60,866 nucleotides of DNA from Pseudomonadota bacterium. Its GTDB lineage: Bacteria; Pseudomonadota; Alphaproteobacteria; Micavibrionales; UBA2020. Location: positions 1 through 60,866 of the forward strand of contig JAJZFS010000078.1 of the NCBI GenBank assembly GCA_021805245.1, read 5' to 3'. The position numbers and the translations under genes were made by a program. The notes under the pieces are model-generated. The model was given only the letters and a program-made list of their open reading frames with translations, searched no databases and was not told where the DNA came from. Position 1 is the first letter of the stretch, and each line of letters starts with the position of its first letter. Positions 47,048 through 57,415 of this stretch are shown one piece after another.

Positions 47048-47689
47048 ATGCTTCAGCAAAAGCGTATGCGTTTTTTATCAGTCTTGCTGGCATCGGCTTG
47101 TTGCCTGCTGGCCGCGGGCTGCAGCCCGACAAGTATGGCGTTCGGATCCGCCGCGTCGATCGGCGTTGCGGCGGAGCAGGAAGGCGGCGTCACTGCTGCG
47201 GTCAAAGACGATGCCATCCAGCTTAGAATTGTCGATGCTTACATCCAGCATAATCTCAACCTGTTCCGCGATCTCAGTGTCACCGTCAAGGAAGGGCGCG
47301 TCCTGCTGACGGGATCCGTGCCCAATCCGGACATGCGGGTCGAGGCGGTGCGCCTTGCGTGGCAGGCACCAAACGTGAAACAGGTCTTGAACGAAATTGC
47401 GGTCAATCGGGGCGAGGGCATTTCCGGTGCCCTTGTCGACGGCTGGATCACCAGCAATATCAAGACCCGCCTGATGTTCGACAAATACGTGCAGTCGATC
47501 AACTACAACATCGATACGGTGGACGGCAATGTCTATGTCATGGGCGTGGCGCAGGATCAGAGCGAGCTCGAGCGCGTGCTGGCCTATGCGCGCAACACCA
47601 ACCATGTCCGCAACGTCATCAGCTATGTCCGCCTGAAATATCAGGACCCGAACCAAATGCCCGGCGTGGCATCGGGTAATAATGGTTGA
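47048..47689 (+). CDS. BON-domain lipoprotein (DolP/YraP-like)
   Basis: AAGC lipobox and two BON repeats (GRVLLTG.V, DG.VYVMG). Confidence 0.9.
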   Translation: MLQQKRMRFLSVLLASACCLLAAGCSPTSMAFGSAASIGVAAEQEGGVTAAVKDDAIQLRIVDAYIQHNLNLFRDLSVTVKEGRVLLTGSVPNPDMRVEAVRLAWQAPNVKQVLNEIAVNRGEGISGALVDGWITSNIKTRLMFDKYVQSINYNIDTVDGNVYVMGVAQDQSELERVLAYARNTNHVRNVISYVRLKYQDPNQMPGVASGNNG

Positions 47690-48563
47690 GGCGGACGCGG
47701 AAGATTCCGCCCCTTTTCAGTCGGCGGACGAGGCGCTTTCCTATCTCCGGCAGATCGGCGACCTTGCGGACGAGGATATCGTCCTTGCCGAAGCCGCGCT
47801 GGCGTTGGGATTGATTTTCCTGCCCGGCGTGCACGTTGACCGTTACCGCCAGCATTTGGCCAAGCTTTCCGGACAGGTGCGGGAGGAATACCACGCGCGG
47901 CTGCGTTTGGAAGAGAAGGACACGCTCGCCTTGCGTGTGCAGGTCCTGCGCAAGATCGTCCACGAGATGAACGATTATCAGGGCGACGATAAAAATTACG
48001 ATGACCTCCAGAACGTCAACTTCATCCGCGTTATGGAGCGGCGCAAGGGATTGCCTATATCGCTGGGCATTCTTTACATTATTCTGGCGCGCGGGATGGG
48101 GTGGGTTTGCGAAGGCCTCAATTTTCCGGGGCATTTTCTGGTGAGGATGGAAATGGACGGAGAGCGCGTCATACTCGATCCGTTCAAGCAGGGCCGCGAG
48201 ATGGACGCTGCGGCGTTGCGCGAGCTCCTCAAGTCCATCGTGGGCACAAGAGCGGAACTCTCGCATAACTATTACGATGCCGTTTCCAACCGCGAAATCC
48301 TGGTGCGGCTGGAAAACAACCTCAAGAAGCGCCTGATCGACGGCGAGGAGTACGCCGAGGCTATCCGCGCTGTGGAGGCGATCGGCGCCTTTTCACCGGA
48401 TGAATACCGTATTTATCTCGACAAGGGCGTGCTCTACGCCAAGCTGGGGCAGGGCGCACTGGCCGTGGAAGCTCTTGAAGCCTATATTGCCAAAACGCCC
48501 TATGCGCGCGAAAAACAGCAGGCGCACTTATTATTACAGCAAATAAAAGCATCGCTTGATTAA
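47682..48563 (+). CDS. SirB1-like transglutaminase-fold protein with TPRs
   Basis: RRKGLPISLGILY, G.NFPGHFL, ILDPF..G, RLENNLK. Confidence 0.9.
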   Translation: MVEADAEDSAPFQSADEALSYLRQIGDLADEDIVLAEAALALGLIFLPGVHVDRYRQHLAKLSGQVREEYHARLRLEEKDTLALRVQVLRKIVHEMNDYQGDDKNYDDLQNVNFIRVMERRKGLPISLGILYIILARGMGWVCEGLNFPGHFLVRMEMDGERVILDPFKQGREMDAAALRELLKSIVGTRAELSHNYYDAVSNREILVRLENNLKKRLIDGEEYAEAIRAVEAIGAFSPDEYRIYLDKGVLYAKLGQGALAVEALEAYIAKTPYAREKQQAHLLLQQIKASLD

Positions 48564-48643
48564 GGGGCAACTCGCCGGCTGACAAAAAACGGAGATTAAG
48601 GTATGATTTATAAGATGTTTATGTTTGAAAGAAGGATGTTGTC

Positions 48644-49093
48644 ATGTCCCTGATCACTTTGGCTATGCTTATCGCCCTGTCGCTGCTTTATATGACACGG
48701 TGGACGGTTAGAAAAGAGAATGACCCTTTGTTCAATCTGGTGGACAAATCGGACGGTTATCTCACTAAATTCGATGATTTTTTGAGGAAAACCATCCACT
48801 GCGATGCGCTGACGGCGTTCTTTATATATGCCATTGCGGCTGCGCTTTTCACGCTGCTGCTGCCGCTGGACCCTCAGGGTCTGCTCATCCGATTTTTCGC
48901 AAACGTGGTGGCCGCGTTGATGATATTGCCGTTCGTGGTCGAAAAGGCCGTTGTCAAATACAAGGATAAGGTAAATGCCGCCATCCTTCAGGAACTGGCG
49001 AACCTCGCCGCCTGGGTCGTGAGGAATGAGAAATATTTTACTTTCGTCGGCGCGGGCTTCGCCGTTCTGCTGTTCTTCGTCCTGTTTAGATAG
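48644..49093 (+). CDS. Hypothetical membrane protein
   Basis: Four hydrophobic segments; AAGGA RBS. Confidence 0.65.
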   Translation: MSLITLAMLIALSLLYMTRWTVRKENDPLFNLVDKSDGYLTKFDDFLRKTIHCDALTAFFIYAIAAALFTLLLPLDPQGLLIRFFANVVAALMILPFVVEKAVVKYKDKVNAAILQELANLAAWVVRNEKYFTFVGAGFAVLLFFVLFR

Positions 49094-49116
49094 TGCGTTG
49101 CGCATAAAAAGCCGCT

Positions 49117-49125
49117 CCCTTTGAC
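49117..49125 (+). repeat. Left target-site duplication CCCTTTGAC
   Basis: Identical to 50816-50824; the direct match runs on to 15 bp (CCCTTTGACAGGGGG), so the boundary is ambiguous. Confidence 0.75.
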
Positions 49126-49126
49126 A

Positions 49127-49224
49127 GGGGGTATAGTGTAAGGGCAGAGAGTTCCGATTTTTGACCACACGCCCAAAGATTAAGAAAACAACCCTTACCT
49201 TCTCTGGCAGGGGCTGTTTTCTTA
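49127..49224 (+). repeat. Left terminal inverted repeat
   Basis: Matches the reverse complement of 50718-50814 at 83 of 98 positions by hand alignment. Confidence 0.9.
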
Positions 49225-49231
49225 ATGATAA

Positions 49232-49333
49232 TATATCCAAACCCATCTTGTTGATATCAAGCATCATCCTGAAGCGCTTGATCAAGAGGCCACTGAAGAA
49301 CTGCTTGAAGTCATTCGCGCATATTTAAAGTAG
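49232..49333 (+). pseudogene. 3' remnant of an RcnR/CsoR/FrmR-family (DmeR-like) metal-sensing repressor
   Basis: Reads YIQTHLVDIKHHPEALDQEATEELLEVIRAYLK*; no start codon, in-frame TAA just before; directly precedes dmeF. Confidence 0.8.
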
Positions 49334-49342
49334 GAGATTACT

Positions 49343-50641
49343 ATGACTGATATGGAACCCCAGCCTGAGGTAGAATTACCAATTTTCCCACAAATTCATA
49401 GTCATGCTTTCCTGGGTGAGAAGCACGAAGGCTCGGAACGTCGGACATGGTCGGTAATCTGGCTTTGCGGCATTATGATGGCCGCCGAGATCATTGGTGG
49501 AAAATTATTCGGGTCTTTGGCTTTGATTGCTGATGGCTTACATATGTCCACTCATGCGGGTGCATTGCTACTGGCGGCCTTGGCTTACACTTATGCGCGT
49601 AAACACGTTCACGATGATAATTATGTTTTCGGTACAGGAAAGGTTGGCGATCTTGCAGGATATACAAGTGCAATCATTCTGGCTACGATTGCCTTGCTGA
49701 TCGGCTATGAAGCTGTCATGAGGTTTTTGAACCCCGTTGTAATTCACTTTAGCGAAGCTATTCCAATTGCCGTTCTTGGCCTTGCCGTTAATGTTGGAAG
49801 CGCATGGCTCCTCAGTGCTGGCGGCGGACACCATCACCACGGTCATGGGCATCATCATGACGATGATCGCAGCCATGACCATCACGACGAGACGCGCCGT
49901 ATCGGCATTGATCAAGGAATGTTGATCCTTGAAATCTTTGAAGATGGTATACCACCGCACTTCAGGGTACGCACAGAAAATATGAGAGTGCAAGCCCAAG
50001 ACTTGGCAATCGAAACAGTGCGCGCGGATGGAAAACGTGAAATATTTACCTTTGTGGATAAGGGGGGGTACCTGGAATCCCGTACTGAAATTCCCGAGCC
50101 TCATGAGTTTTCGGCAAAAATACATCTTACAAGTGAGACGGGGTCTCAAGTTTATCAAACCGAGTTTGAAGAGCATAGCCACGGTGCAGAGGATGGACGT
50201 ATACATGCCGATCATAACATGCGTGCTGCTCTTGTTCATGTCATGGCTGATGCCGCTGTGTCTGTTCTGGTTATCATTGGACTGTGTCTAGCCTATTTCT
50301 TTGGCTGGCTTTGGATGGATCCGCTTGCGGGTATGGTGGGAGCATGCGTCATTGCCAGTTGGTCTTATGGCCTCATGAGAGACACATCTGGCATTCTGCT
50401 CGACCGAAACCCTGACCGGAACATGACTAAAAATATACGTGCAGTCATCGAGTCCGAGGGTGATCGATTGACCGACTTGCATTTGTGGCGGTTGGGGCCG
50501 GGGCATATGGGGGCTATTCTGTCGGTAGCGACGGCTACCCAAAAGTCTCCTGGTTACTTTAAAACGCGGCTTTCAGGTTTTCAGTCATTATCTCATGTGA
50601 CCGTTGAGGTAGTGACGATAGCTGAACCTTCTCTTGCCTAG
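49343..50641 (+). CDS. dmeF: CDF-family Co/Ni efflux transporter DmeF
   Basis: SLALIADGLHMSTH, His-rich loop, DHNMRAALVHVMADA, DLHLWRLGPGH, LSHVTVEV; AGGAG RBS. Confidence 0.93.
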   Translation: MTDMEPQPEVELPIFPQIHSHAFLGEKHEGSERRTWSVIWLCGIMMAAEIIGGKLFGSLALIADGLHMSTHAGALLLAALAYTYARKHVHDDNYVFGTGKVGDLAGYTSAIILATIALLIGYEAVMRFLNPVVIHFSEAIPIAVLGLAVNVGSAWLLSAGGGHHHHGHGHHHDDDRSHDHHDETRRIGIDQGMLILEIFEDGIPPHFRVRTENMRVQAQDLAIETVRADGKREIFTFVDKGGYLESRTEIPEPHEFSAKIHLTSETGSQVYQTEFEEHSHGAEDGRIHADHNMRAALVHVMADAAVSVLVIIGLCLAYFFGWLWMDPLAGMVGACVIASWSYGLMRDTSGILLDRNPDRNMTKNIRAVIESEGDRLTDLHLWRLGPGHMGAILSVATATQKSPGYFKTRLSGFQSLSHVTVEVVTIAEPSLA

Positions 50642-50717
50642 GGCGTATATCACGTTACACATCCTCTTATGTATGCGCATGTGAAAACCATATATTTTCA
50701 GCACTCTCATGTACATA

Positions 50718-50814
50718 TAAGAAGACAGCCCCTACCAGTGAAGGTAAGGGCTGTTTCTCAATCTTTGGGTGTACGGCCAGAAACCGGAACTCTCTGGCCT
50801 TACACTCTACCTCC
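50718..50814 (-). repeat. Right terminal inverted repeat
   Basis: Reverse complement reads GGAGGTAGAGTGTAAGGCCAGAGAGTTCCGG...GGGGCTGTCTTCTTA, matching the left end. Confidence 0.9.
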
Positions 50815-50815
50815 A

Positions 50816-50824
50816 CCCTTTGAC
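50816..50824 (+). repeat. Right target-site duplication CCCTTTGAC
   Basis: Identical to 49117-49125; followed by the other arm of the interrupted terminator (AGGGGGCGGCCTTTTT). Confidence 0.75.
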
Positions 50825-50861
50825 AGGGGGCGGCCTTTTTGTCTTGAGCGCTCCGGGCTTT

Positions 50862-51131
50862 TTAGCCGCGCAGGCCGAGGCTGTCGATCAGCCCTTCATA
50901 GCGCTTCGGATCGACCGTCTTGATGTATTTCAGAAGGCTGCGGCGGTTGCTCACCATGGTGAGGAGGCCGCGGCGGCTGCCGAGATCTTTCTTGTGTGTT
51001 TTCATGTGCTCGGTCAGGTTCTTGATGCGGCCGGTCAGAATGGCGATCTGCACTTCCGGTGAACCTGTGTCCTTCGGCGTGGTCGCGTATTTCTTGATCA
51101 GCGCCTGCTTTTCTTTCTTCTCAATCGACAT
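50862..51131 (-). CDS. rpsO: 30S ribosomal protein S15
   Basis: [17 protein letters not shown]...HKKD..SRRGLL. Confidence 0.98.
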   Translation of the reverse strand: MSIEKKEKQALIKKYATTPKDTGSPEVQIAILTGRIKNLTEHMKTHKKDLGSRRGLLTMVSNRRSLLKYIKTVDPKRYEGLIDSLGLRG

Positions 51132-51151
51132 CGCATACTCCTTTTTAAGAG

Positions 51152-52084
51152 CTAGAGGTTGAACACGCGCACCGGATGCAGTTGAATGCCGTCCTTTTCG
51201 AGGAGAGCAAGCGGCTTGTTATCGCCGATGCCCAGTATGAGGTCCGTCATGTCGTCGATGCCCGCGATATCGAGGCGGCCAATATCCTGACGCGACAGAA
51301 GCCTGATGCTCTGGCCCTGCTTGATGCGGCTGATCTCGTCGTCCGTCAGGGCGAGGGCCGGGATGTCGTCCAGCACTGTCTCGACAGGCAACAGGTACCG
51401 ATCAGGGTCGGCAGATTGCACCATTTTCTCGAATACGTCCAGCGAAATCGCGCTTTCAGCCTCAAAAGGGCCTACGGCAAGCCTCCGGAGCGACGAAACA
51501 TAGCCAAAACAGCCCAAAATCAAGCCCATATCGCGGGCGAGGGCACGGACATAGGTGCCTTTGCCGCATTCCATCTCGAAGGTCGCCGTGTCGGTTGTGG
51601 TGCCGGTGAGGCGCAAATCGTAAATGGAAACGATGCGGGATTTGATCTCCACGTCCGCGCCGGCACGGGAAATATCGTAGGCGCGCTGGCCATCGATCTT
51701 GATGGCGGAGAACTTGGGCGGCGTCTGCTCTATGTCGCCGATGAACTGCGGGATCAGGGCGGTGATTTCCTCCGCCGTCGGGCGTTTGTCCGAGGTTTGG
51801 GTGACCTCGCCTTCGCCGTCGTCGGTGTTGCGCGCTTCGCCCCACGTTACGGTGAATTCATAGACCTTGTCGCGATCCTGCGCGAAGGGGATGGTCTTGG
51901 TCGCTTCGCCAAGCGCTATCGGCAGCACGCCGGTGGCGAGCGGATCAAGCGTGCCCGCATGGCCGAGCTTCTTCGCGTTGAGGATGCGGCGGATGCGGCC
52001 GATGGCTTGTGTCGATGTCAATCCTTGCGGCTTGTCGATATTCAGCCAGCCGTTGACGACGATGCCTTTTTTATTGCGGCCCAT
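51152..52084 (-). CDS. truB: tRNA pseudouridine(55) synthase TruB
   Basis: [39 protein letters not shown]. Confidence 0.97.
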   Translation of the reverse strand: MGRNKKGIVVNGWLNIDKPQGLTSTQAIGRIRRILNAKKLGHAGTLDPLATGVLPIALGEATKTIPFAQDRDKVYEFTVTWGEARNTDDGEGEVTQTSDKRPTAEEITALIPQFIGDIEQTPPKFSAIKIDGQRAYDISRAGADVEIKSRIVSIYDLRLTGTTTDTATFEMECGKGTYVRALARDMGLILGCFGYVSSLRRLAVGPFEAESAISLDVFEKMVQSADPDRYLLPVETVLDDIPALALTDDEISRIKQGQSIRLLSRQDIGRLDIAGIDDMTDLILGIGDNKPLALLEKDGIQLHPVRVFNL

Positions 52085-52495
52085 TTATTCTTCTTTTTTC
52101 TCTATGTCGCGGCGCACGCGCTCCTGTTTCAGCAGGTTTTCGATGCGTTCGGCCTCGTCGAAGCTGCGGTCGATCTTGAAGGTAATGCGCGGGATGTAGC
52201 GCAGGTCGATCTTGGGCGCGATTTCGCTGCGGAAGTAGCCGGCTGAGCGGTTGAGCGCGTCGAGCGTTGCTTCCGCGTCCTTGCCGCCGAGCGGCATGAT
52301 GAAGGCGGTGGCGTTCTTGAGATCTGGGCCGATCTCGACGGCGGTGATGGTAACGCGATGCGCGTCCAGCAATGCGGGGTCGTGAAAGCTGCCGCGCTGG
52401 AGCGTTTCAACCAGCAGGTGGCGGATTGTTTCGGCGACGCGCAATTGGCGCTGCCCCGGCGGCGTCCGGCTGGCGTGTGATCGCGTTCTTCTCAT
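52085..52495 (-). CDS. rbfA: Ribosome-binding factor A
   Basis: RQLRVAE.IR, PDLKNA, LRYIP.I.F..D.SF. Confidence 0.95.
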   Translation of the reverse strand: MRRTRSHASRTPPGQRQLRVAETIRHLLVETLQRGSFHDPALLDAHRVTITAVEIGPDLKNATAFIMPLGGKDAEATLDALNRSAGYFRSEIAPKIDLRYIPRITFKIDRSFDEAERIENLLKQERVRRDIEKKEE

Positions 52496-52513
52496 GGTGT
52501 TGCTGCGCCTTCT

Positions 52514-54970
52514 TTAAGCCAGTTTGCGTTCGGTTTCTTCCATCTCGAAGGCTTCGATCACATCGCCTTCCTTGATGTCGTCGTAGTTTTCGAACGCCAT
52601 GCCGCATTCATAACCCTTCTGCACTTCCTTGACTTCGTCCTTGAAGCGGCGGAGCGTTTTGAGCGTGCCTTCGTGGATGACGACGTTGTCGCGCAACAGG
52701 CGGACCTTTGCGCCGCGGCGGACGAGGCCTTCGGTAACGAAGCAGCCCGCGATCTTGCCGGCCTTGCTGACGTTGAAGACCTTGCGGATTTCGGCGTAGC
52801 CGATGAACTTTTCCTTGACGTCGGGAGAGAGGAGGCCGCTGAGCAGCTGCTTCACTTCGTCGATGACTTCGTAAATGATCGAGTAGTAGCGGATCTCGAC
52901 GCCGTCGCGCTTGGCGAGGTCGCGCGCCTGCGGATTGGCGCGGACGTTGAAGCCGATGATCAGTGCCTTGGACGCATTGGCGAGCGTGACGTCGGATTCC
53001 GTGATCGCGCCGACGCCGGAATGCAGCACCTGCACCTGAACTTCCTTGTTTTCTTCGGTCAGCTTGTTGAGCGCGGATGCGATGGCTTCGACGGAACCGT
53101 GCACGTCGCCTTTGATAAGCACGGGCAGGTTCTGCGCGACACCGGCCTGAATCTCGCTGATCATCTGGTCCAGACCGCCGCGGCCTTTCTTGGTCTTGGC
53201 GGCGGCGAGGGCGCGCTTCCTGCGCAGGCGGAAGTCGGCGATGTTGCGTGCCTTGGCGTCGTCTTCGACGACGGTCAAATCGTCGCCCGCTTCGGGCGTG
53301 CCGGAAAGGCCGAGCACTTCGATCGGCTGGCCGGGCAAGGCTTCCTTTACCTGCTGGCCGCGGTCGTTGATGAGCGCGCGGACGCGGCCCGTTTCCGTAC
53401 CGGAGACGAAGATGTCGCCCTGTTTCAGAGTGCCATTTTGCACCAGCACAGTGGCCACCGGGCCGCGGCCCTGATCGAGGCGGGATTCGACGACGGAGCC
53501 GATGGCGGTACGGTCGGGGTTGGCGCGCAGGTGCAGGACTTCGGCCTGCAGCAGGATCGCCTCTTCCAGATCGGTGAGGCCTTTTTTGGTCTTGGCGGAC
53601 ACTTCGACGCACTGGCTATCGCCGCCCATTTGCTCGACGACGACTTCGTAGCTCAGCAGTTCCTGACGCACCTTGTTGGGGTTGGCGTCGGGCAGATCGC
53701 ATTTGTTGATGGCGATGATGAGCGGCTTGCCCGCGGCCTTGGCGTGGCTGATCGCTTCGACGGTCTGCGGCATGACGCTGTCGTCCGCCGCGACAACGAG
53801 GACGACGATATCGGTCACGTCGGCGCCGCGCGCGCGCATCTCGGTGAAGGCGGCGTGGCCGGGCGTGTCGATGAAGGTGATCTTCTTGCCGGACTTGGTT
53901 TGAATTTGATAGGCGCCGATGTGCTGGGTGATGCCGCCCGCTTCGTGCGCGGCGACGTCCGCGGAACGGATGGCGTCGAGCAGGGAGGTTTTGCCGTGGT
54001 CGACGTGGCCCATGATGGTGACGACCGGCGGTCGGGATTTGAGCTCTTCTTCCTTGTCTTCGACGCTGTGCGCGCCGAGTTCGACGTCGGATTCCTGCAC
54101 GCGCTTGAAGGTGTGGCCGAATTCCTGAACGATCAGCTCGGCCGTGTCGGCGTCGATGGACTGGTTCGCCGTTGCCATGATGCCGAGACTCATGAGTTTT
54201 TTCACGACATCGCCGAGCTTTTCCGTCATGCGGTTGGCGAGTTCCTGCACGGTGATGACTTCGGGAATGACCACTTCGCGGAACTGCTTGACTTTTTCCT
54301 GTTGTGCGGCGGCCTGCTTGCGCATGCGCTCGCGGGCGCGGCGTTGCGCGGCCATGGAGGGCGTGCGGCCTTCGCGGTCGCCGATCGTGTCGTTGATGAC
54401 CTGATGAACGGTCAGTTTTCCGCTGTTGCGGCGGTTGCGCGTAGTGCTGTTGCGCAGGCCCGGCCGTTTTTTGCCGAAAGCGCCGGCATCATCTTGCGTG
54501 TCGGCGGCGGGACGGCTGTAAAAATCGACCTTGCGCCCGCTGGGCTTTTTGTCCGCGGGCGGCGCGACCACGGCCGCCTCCGCGGCGCCGGGGGCGGCGG
54601 TTTCGGCCGTATTCGTCTCTATGCTTTCGGAGACGGCTTCTTCTTCTTCGATTTCCGGTGTCTTGATGACGAGCTTGGTCTGATAGGGGGTCGTCGTCGT
54701 TTCCTTCGGCGACTCCTTGGCCTGTTGCAGCGCGCGGACGCGGCTTTCGCGTTCGGCATCCGTCAAATGCAAGTCTGTATCGGAGGCGGCAGGTTTGGGC
54801 GTCGTGTCGGCGCTTGCGCCACGCTTCTTGCGGACTTCCACGGCGACAGGCTTCGAAGAGCGTCCCATCGCGACATTGTGCCGCTTCGGTCCGGCGCCGA
54901 GGGGCGCCTTTAGGCTCAGCGTTCCTTTTTTGTCCGGTTTCTTTTGCTCTTTTTCAGATTTGTCCGTCAT
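52514..54970 (-). CDS. infB: Translation initiation factor IF-2
   Basis: [23 protein letters not shown]2 C-terminal domains; start placed at ATG 54970. Confidence 0.98.
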   Translation of the reverse strand: MTDKSEKEQKKPDKKGTLSLKAPLGAGPKRHNVAMGRSSKPVAVEVRKKRGASADTTPKPAASDTDLHLTDAERESRVRALQQAKESPKETTTTPYQTKLVIKTPEIEEEEAVSESIETNTAETAAPGAAEAAVVAPPADKKPSGRKVDFYSRPAADTQDDAGAFGKKRPGLRNSTTRNRRNSGKLTVHQVINDTIGDREGRTPSMAAQRRARERMRKQAAAQQEKVKQFREVVIPEVITVQELANRMTEKLGDVVKKLMSLGIMATANQSIDADTAELIVQEFGHTFKRVQESDVELGAHSVEDKEEELKSRPPVVTIMGHVDHGKTSLLDAIRSADVAAHEAGGITQHIGAYQIQTKSGKKITFIDTPGHAAFTEMRARGADVTDIVVLVVAADDSVMPQTVEAISHAKAAGKPLIIAINKCDLPDANPNKVRQELLSYEVVVEQMGGDSQCVEVSAKTKKGLTDLEEAILLQAEVLHLRANPDRTAIGSVVESRLDQGRGPVATVLVQNGTLKQGDIFVSGTETGRVRALINDRGQQVKEALPGQPIEVLGLSGTPEAGDDLTVVEDDAKARNIADFRLRRKRALAAAKTKKGRGGLDQMISEIQAGVAQNLPVLIKGDVHGSVEAIASALNKLTEENKEVQVQVLHSGVGAITESDVTLANASKALIIGFNVRANPQARDLAKRDGVEIRYYSIIYEVIDEVKQLLSGLLSPDVKEKFIGYAEIRKVFNVSKAGKIAGCFVTEGLVRRGAKVRLLRDNVVIHEGTLKTLRRFKDEVKEVQKGYECGMAFENYDDIKEGDVIEAFEMEETERKLA

Positions 54971-54996
54971 TGTAAGCCGTTTCACTTTCCTAGAGA

Positions 54997-56547
54997 TTAT
55001 CCGTTGCTCGCGGTTTTGGCGTCGTCACCATTGGCGCCGTCAGCAGGGGGTTCGTCGGCAAACCATCCGGCGCGGGCCGTCATGATGACTGCGTTTGCCT
55101 GGGATTCCGTCAGTTTGTCTTCACCGACGATTTCGCGCAGCTCGTCGCCGGCAAGGTCACCGAGATCGTCCATCGTCTTCACGCCTTTTTCGCCGAGGAC
55201 GATGATCATGTCCTGCGTCAGGCCGTCGACGGCGGAAAGCTCCGCGCTGATGCCGATTTCCTTGGCGCGCTTTTCAAAAGCGTCTGTTTTGGCGCTGAGC
55301 CAGCTGGAAGCGCGGCGTTTCAGTTCCACTGCGATATCTTCATCGAAGCCCTCGATGCGGGCGATTTCGGCGTCGGAGGTCTCGACGATGTCTTCGATGG
55401 AAACGAAGCCTTCGACCACCAGCAGGTGGGCAATCACCTCATCCACGTCCAGCGCCTCGATGAAGAGGGTGGAGCGCGTCTTGAACTCGTTCTGGCGGCG
55501 TTCGGATTCTTCCGCTTCCGTCATGATGTCGATGTTCCAGCCGGAAAGCTGCGTCGCGAGGCGCACGTTCTGTCCGCGGCGGCCAATCGCCAGAGACAAC
55601 TGGTCGTCGGGTACGACGACATCAAGTCTCCGGTTGTCCTCGTCCATGACGACTTTGGTGACTTCGGCGGGCGAGAGCGCGTTGACGACGAAAGTCGCCG
55701 TGTCCTGCGTCCACGGAATAATGTCGATCTTTTCGCCCTGCAGTTCGCCGACGACGGCCTGCACGCGGCTGCCGCGCATGCCGACGCAGGCGCCAACCGG
55801 ATCGATGCCGCCGTCGCGGGAGATGACGGCGATTTTGGCGCGGGAGCCGGGATCGCGGGCAACGGCCTTGATCTCGATGATGCCGTCGTAAATTTCAGGC
55901 ACTTCCTGCTTGAACAGCTTGGCGAGGAAGTCGGCGTGCGTGCGGCTCAAAAAGACTTGCGGGCCGCGCGGCTCCTGACGGACGTCGTAGATGTAGGCGC
56001 GGACGCGGTCGCCGGTCTTGAAGTGTTCGCGGGGCAGGGCGTCGTTGCGGCGCATAAAGGCTTCGCCGCGGCCGAGATCGACTGTGACGTTGCCGTATTC
56101 CACGCGTTTGACCACGCCGGAGACGATTTCGCCCACACGGTCCTTGTATTCTTCGTATTGCTTTTCGCGTTCGGCGTCGCGCACCTTCTGGAAGATGACC
56201 TGCTTGGCGGTCTGCGCGCCGATGCGGCCGAAGTCGAATGACGGCAGTTCGTCGATGATGAATTCGCCGAGCTGGATTTCTTTGTTGATCTTCTTCGCGT
56301 CCTTGAACAGGATTTGCTGCGGCTCGAGTTCCGGCGTTTCGGGGTTGAAGGCCTCGACGACTGTGCGGTAGCGGTACAGCTTGATCTCGCCGGTTTTGCG
56401 GTCGATCGTGGCGCGGATGTCGTGATCGTAGCCGTATTTCGAGCGGCCGGCTTTCTGGATCGCCTCTTCCATGGCGACAATGACGATCTCGCGGTCGATG
56501 TTCTTCTCACGAGCGGCGGCGTCTGCGACTTGAAGTAATTCCTGCAT
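54997..56547 (-). CDS. nusA: Transcription termination factor NusA
   Basis: [14 protein letters not shown]1 and KH domains ([23 protein letters not shown]), C-terminal repeats. Confidence 0.98.
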   Translation of the reverse strand: MQELLQVADAAAREKNIDREIVIVAMEEAIQKAGRSKYGYDHDIRATIDRKTGEIKLYRYRTVVEAFNPETPELEPQQILFKDAKKINKEIQLGEFIIDELPSFDFGRIGAQTAKQVIFQKVRDAEREKQYEEYKDRVGEIVSGVVKRVEYGNVTVDLGRGEAFMRRNDALPREHFKTGDRVRAYIYDVRQEPRGPQVFLSRTHADFLAKLFKQEVPEIYDGIIEIKAVARDPGSRAKIAVISRDGGIDPVGACVGMRGSRVQAVVGELQGEKIDIIPWTQDTATFVVNALSPAEVTKVVMDEDNRRLDVVVPDDQLSLAIGRRGQNVRLATQLSGWNIDIMTEAEESERRQNEFKTRSTLFIEALDVDEVIAHLLVVEGFVSIEDIVETSDAEIARIEGFDEDIAVELKRRASSWLSAKTDAFEKRAKEIGISAELSAVDGLTQDMIIVLGEKGVKTMDDLGDLAGDELREIVGEDKLTESQANAVIMTARAGWFADEPPADGANGDDAKTASNG

Positions 56548-56566
56548 CTCTTGTTTTCCTGTTCTC

Positions 56567-57091
56567 CTAGTTGGCTTTTTTGCTGCGTTGTTTCGGTTTT
56601 AAAAGTTCTTCTACGATAGTCAATTTGGCTTTTTCAATGCTGTTGAAAGGGATCTCCGTCTCGCCGTCTTCCGTGGCGATCAAAACGGATTTGCCTTTCG
56701 TGCCCTTCAGTATGCCGCGGAAGCGCTTGCGGCCGTCGATGGCGGGTTCGATCTCCACTTTCGCATCTTGCCCCGCGAAGCGGTCGAAGTCCTTGAGGCG
56801 GGTCAGCGGGCGGTCGATCCCCGGCGAGCCGACCTCGAGAAAGTAGGGCTTGTCTTCCATCACGTTCTCGACGTCCAGCACCACCGAGATGGCTTGGGAC
56901 AGCTTGCCGCACTCGTCGATGGTGATCGTGCCGCCGTCTTTCGTCTCCGGATTCCATGGCCTTTCCGCCATGATCTGCAGGGTCGGCTTGCCCGAGCCGG
57001 TGATCAGTACGCGCACCAGTTCAAACCCCATGGATTCGGCAGTCGGGGTGATGGCGTGTTCGATCTTTTGAATAAGCGGCGGTTTGTTCAC
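56567..57091 (-). CDS. rimP: Ribosome maturation factor RimP
   Basis: GFELVRV, Y.LEV.SPGIDRPL, GRKRFRG; start placed at GTG 57091. Confidence 0.95.
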   Translation of the reverse strand: MNKPPLIQKIEHAITPTAESMGFELVRVLITGSGKPTLQIMAERPWNPETKDGGTITIDECGKLSQAISVVLDVENVMEDKPYFLEVGSPGIDRPLTRLKDFDRFAGQDAKVEIEPAIDGRKRFRGILKGTKGKSVLIATEDGETEIPFNSIEKAKLTIVEELLKPKQRSKKAN

Positions 57092-57110
57092 GTCTATAAA
57101 ATTTCCTAAG

Positions 57111-57146
57111 CAAAAGGGCGGGCTCTTTTGAAGCCCACCCTTTTTG
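57111..57146 (-). promoter_or_regulatory. rimP leader hairpin (terminator-like cis element)
   Basis: Minus strand AAAAGGGTGGGC-ttcaaaaga-GCCCGCCCTTTTG just upstream of rimP, matching the GGGC...GCCC rimP-leader pattern. Confidence 0.75.
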
Positions 57147-57317
57147 TTAATGCCGACTACAGGCATATCACCTATATCAGCTTGGGATTTAGCAGGTTTA
57201 TACCGCCTGGAGAGGCCCTTTAGCAAGGTTTTTTTTCGCATTTATTAAGTCTTTAAATGGTCCTTATCGCTTTGTATTTTCATAATAATTAACATTTTTT
57301 TCCACCTCTTTCATAAT

Positions 57318-57333
57318 TTAATTATTTTTTAAC
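57318..57333 (+). promoter_or_regulatory. Consensus CtrA box upstream of the DUF2336 gene
   Basis: TTAA-TTATTTT-TTAAC; the region is AT-rich, so a chance match is possible. Confidence 0.55.
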
Positions 57334-57415
57334 ATAATTTGTATAAAGTTTTACTGGTAATTGAAATAACTATATACATAATTCGTGAAACGTTGCTATA
57401 ATAAGGAGTATAGGG

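Larger units (their letters stand above)
49126..50815. mobile_element. Non-autonomous cargo transposon (mobile-insertion-cassette-like) carrying dmeF
   Basis: ~97-bp imperfect TIRs, flanking direct repeat, AT-richer interior, no transposase; excision restores a terminator hairpin. Confidence 0.85.

Noticed and set aside
49127-49165. Tn3-family or IS481-family assignment of the dmeF element
   Set aside because: The GGGG start is Tn3-like, but there is no 38-bp IR ending TAAG and the duplication is not 5 bp; an internal TGT...ACA boundary has no flanking direct repeat
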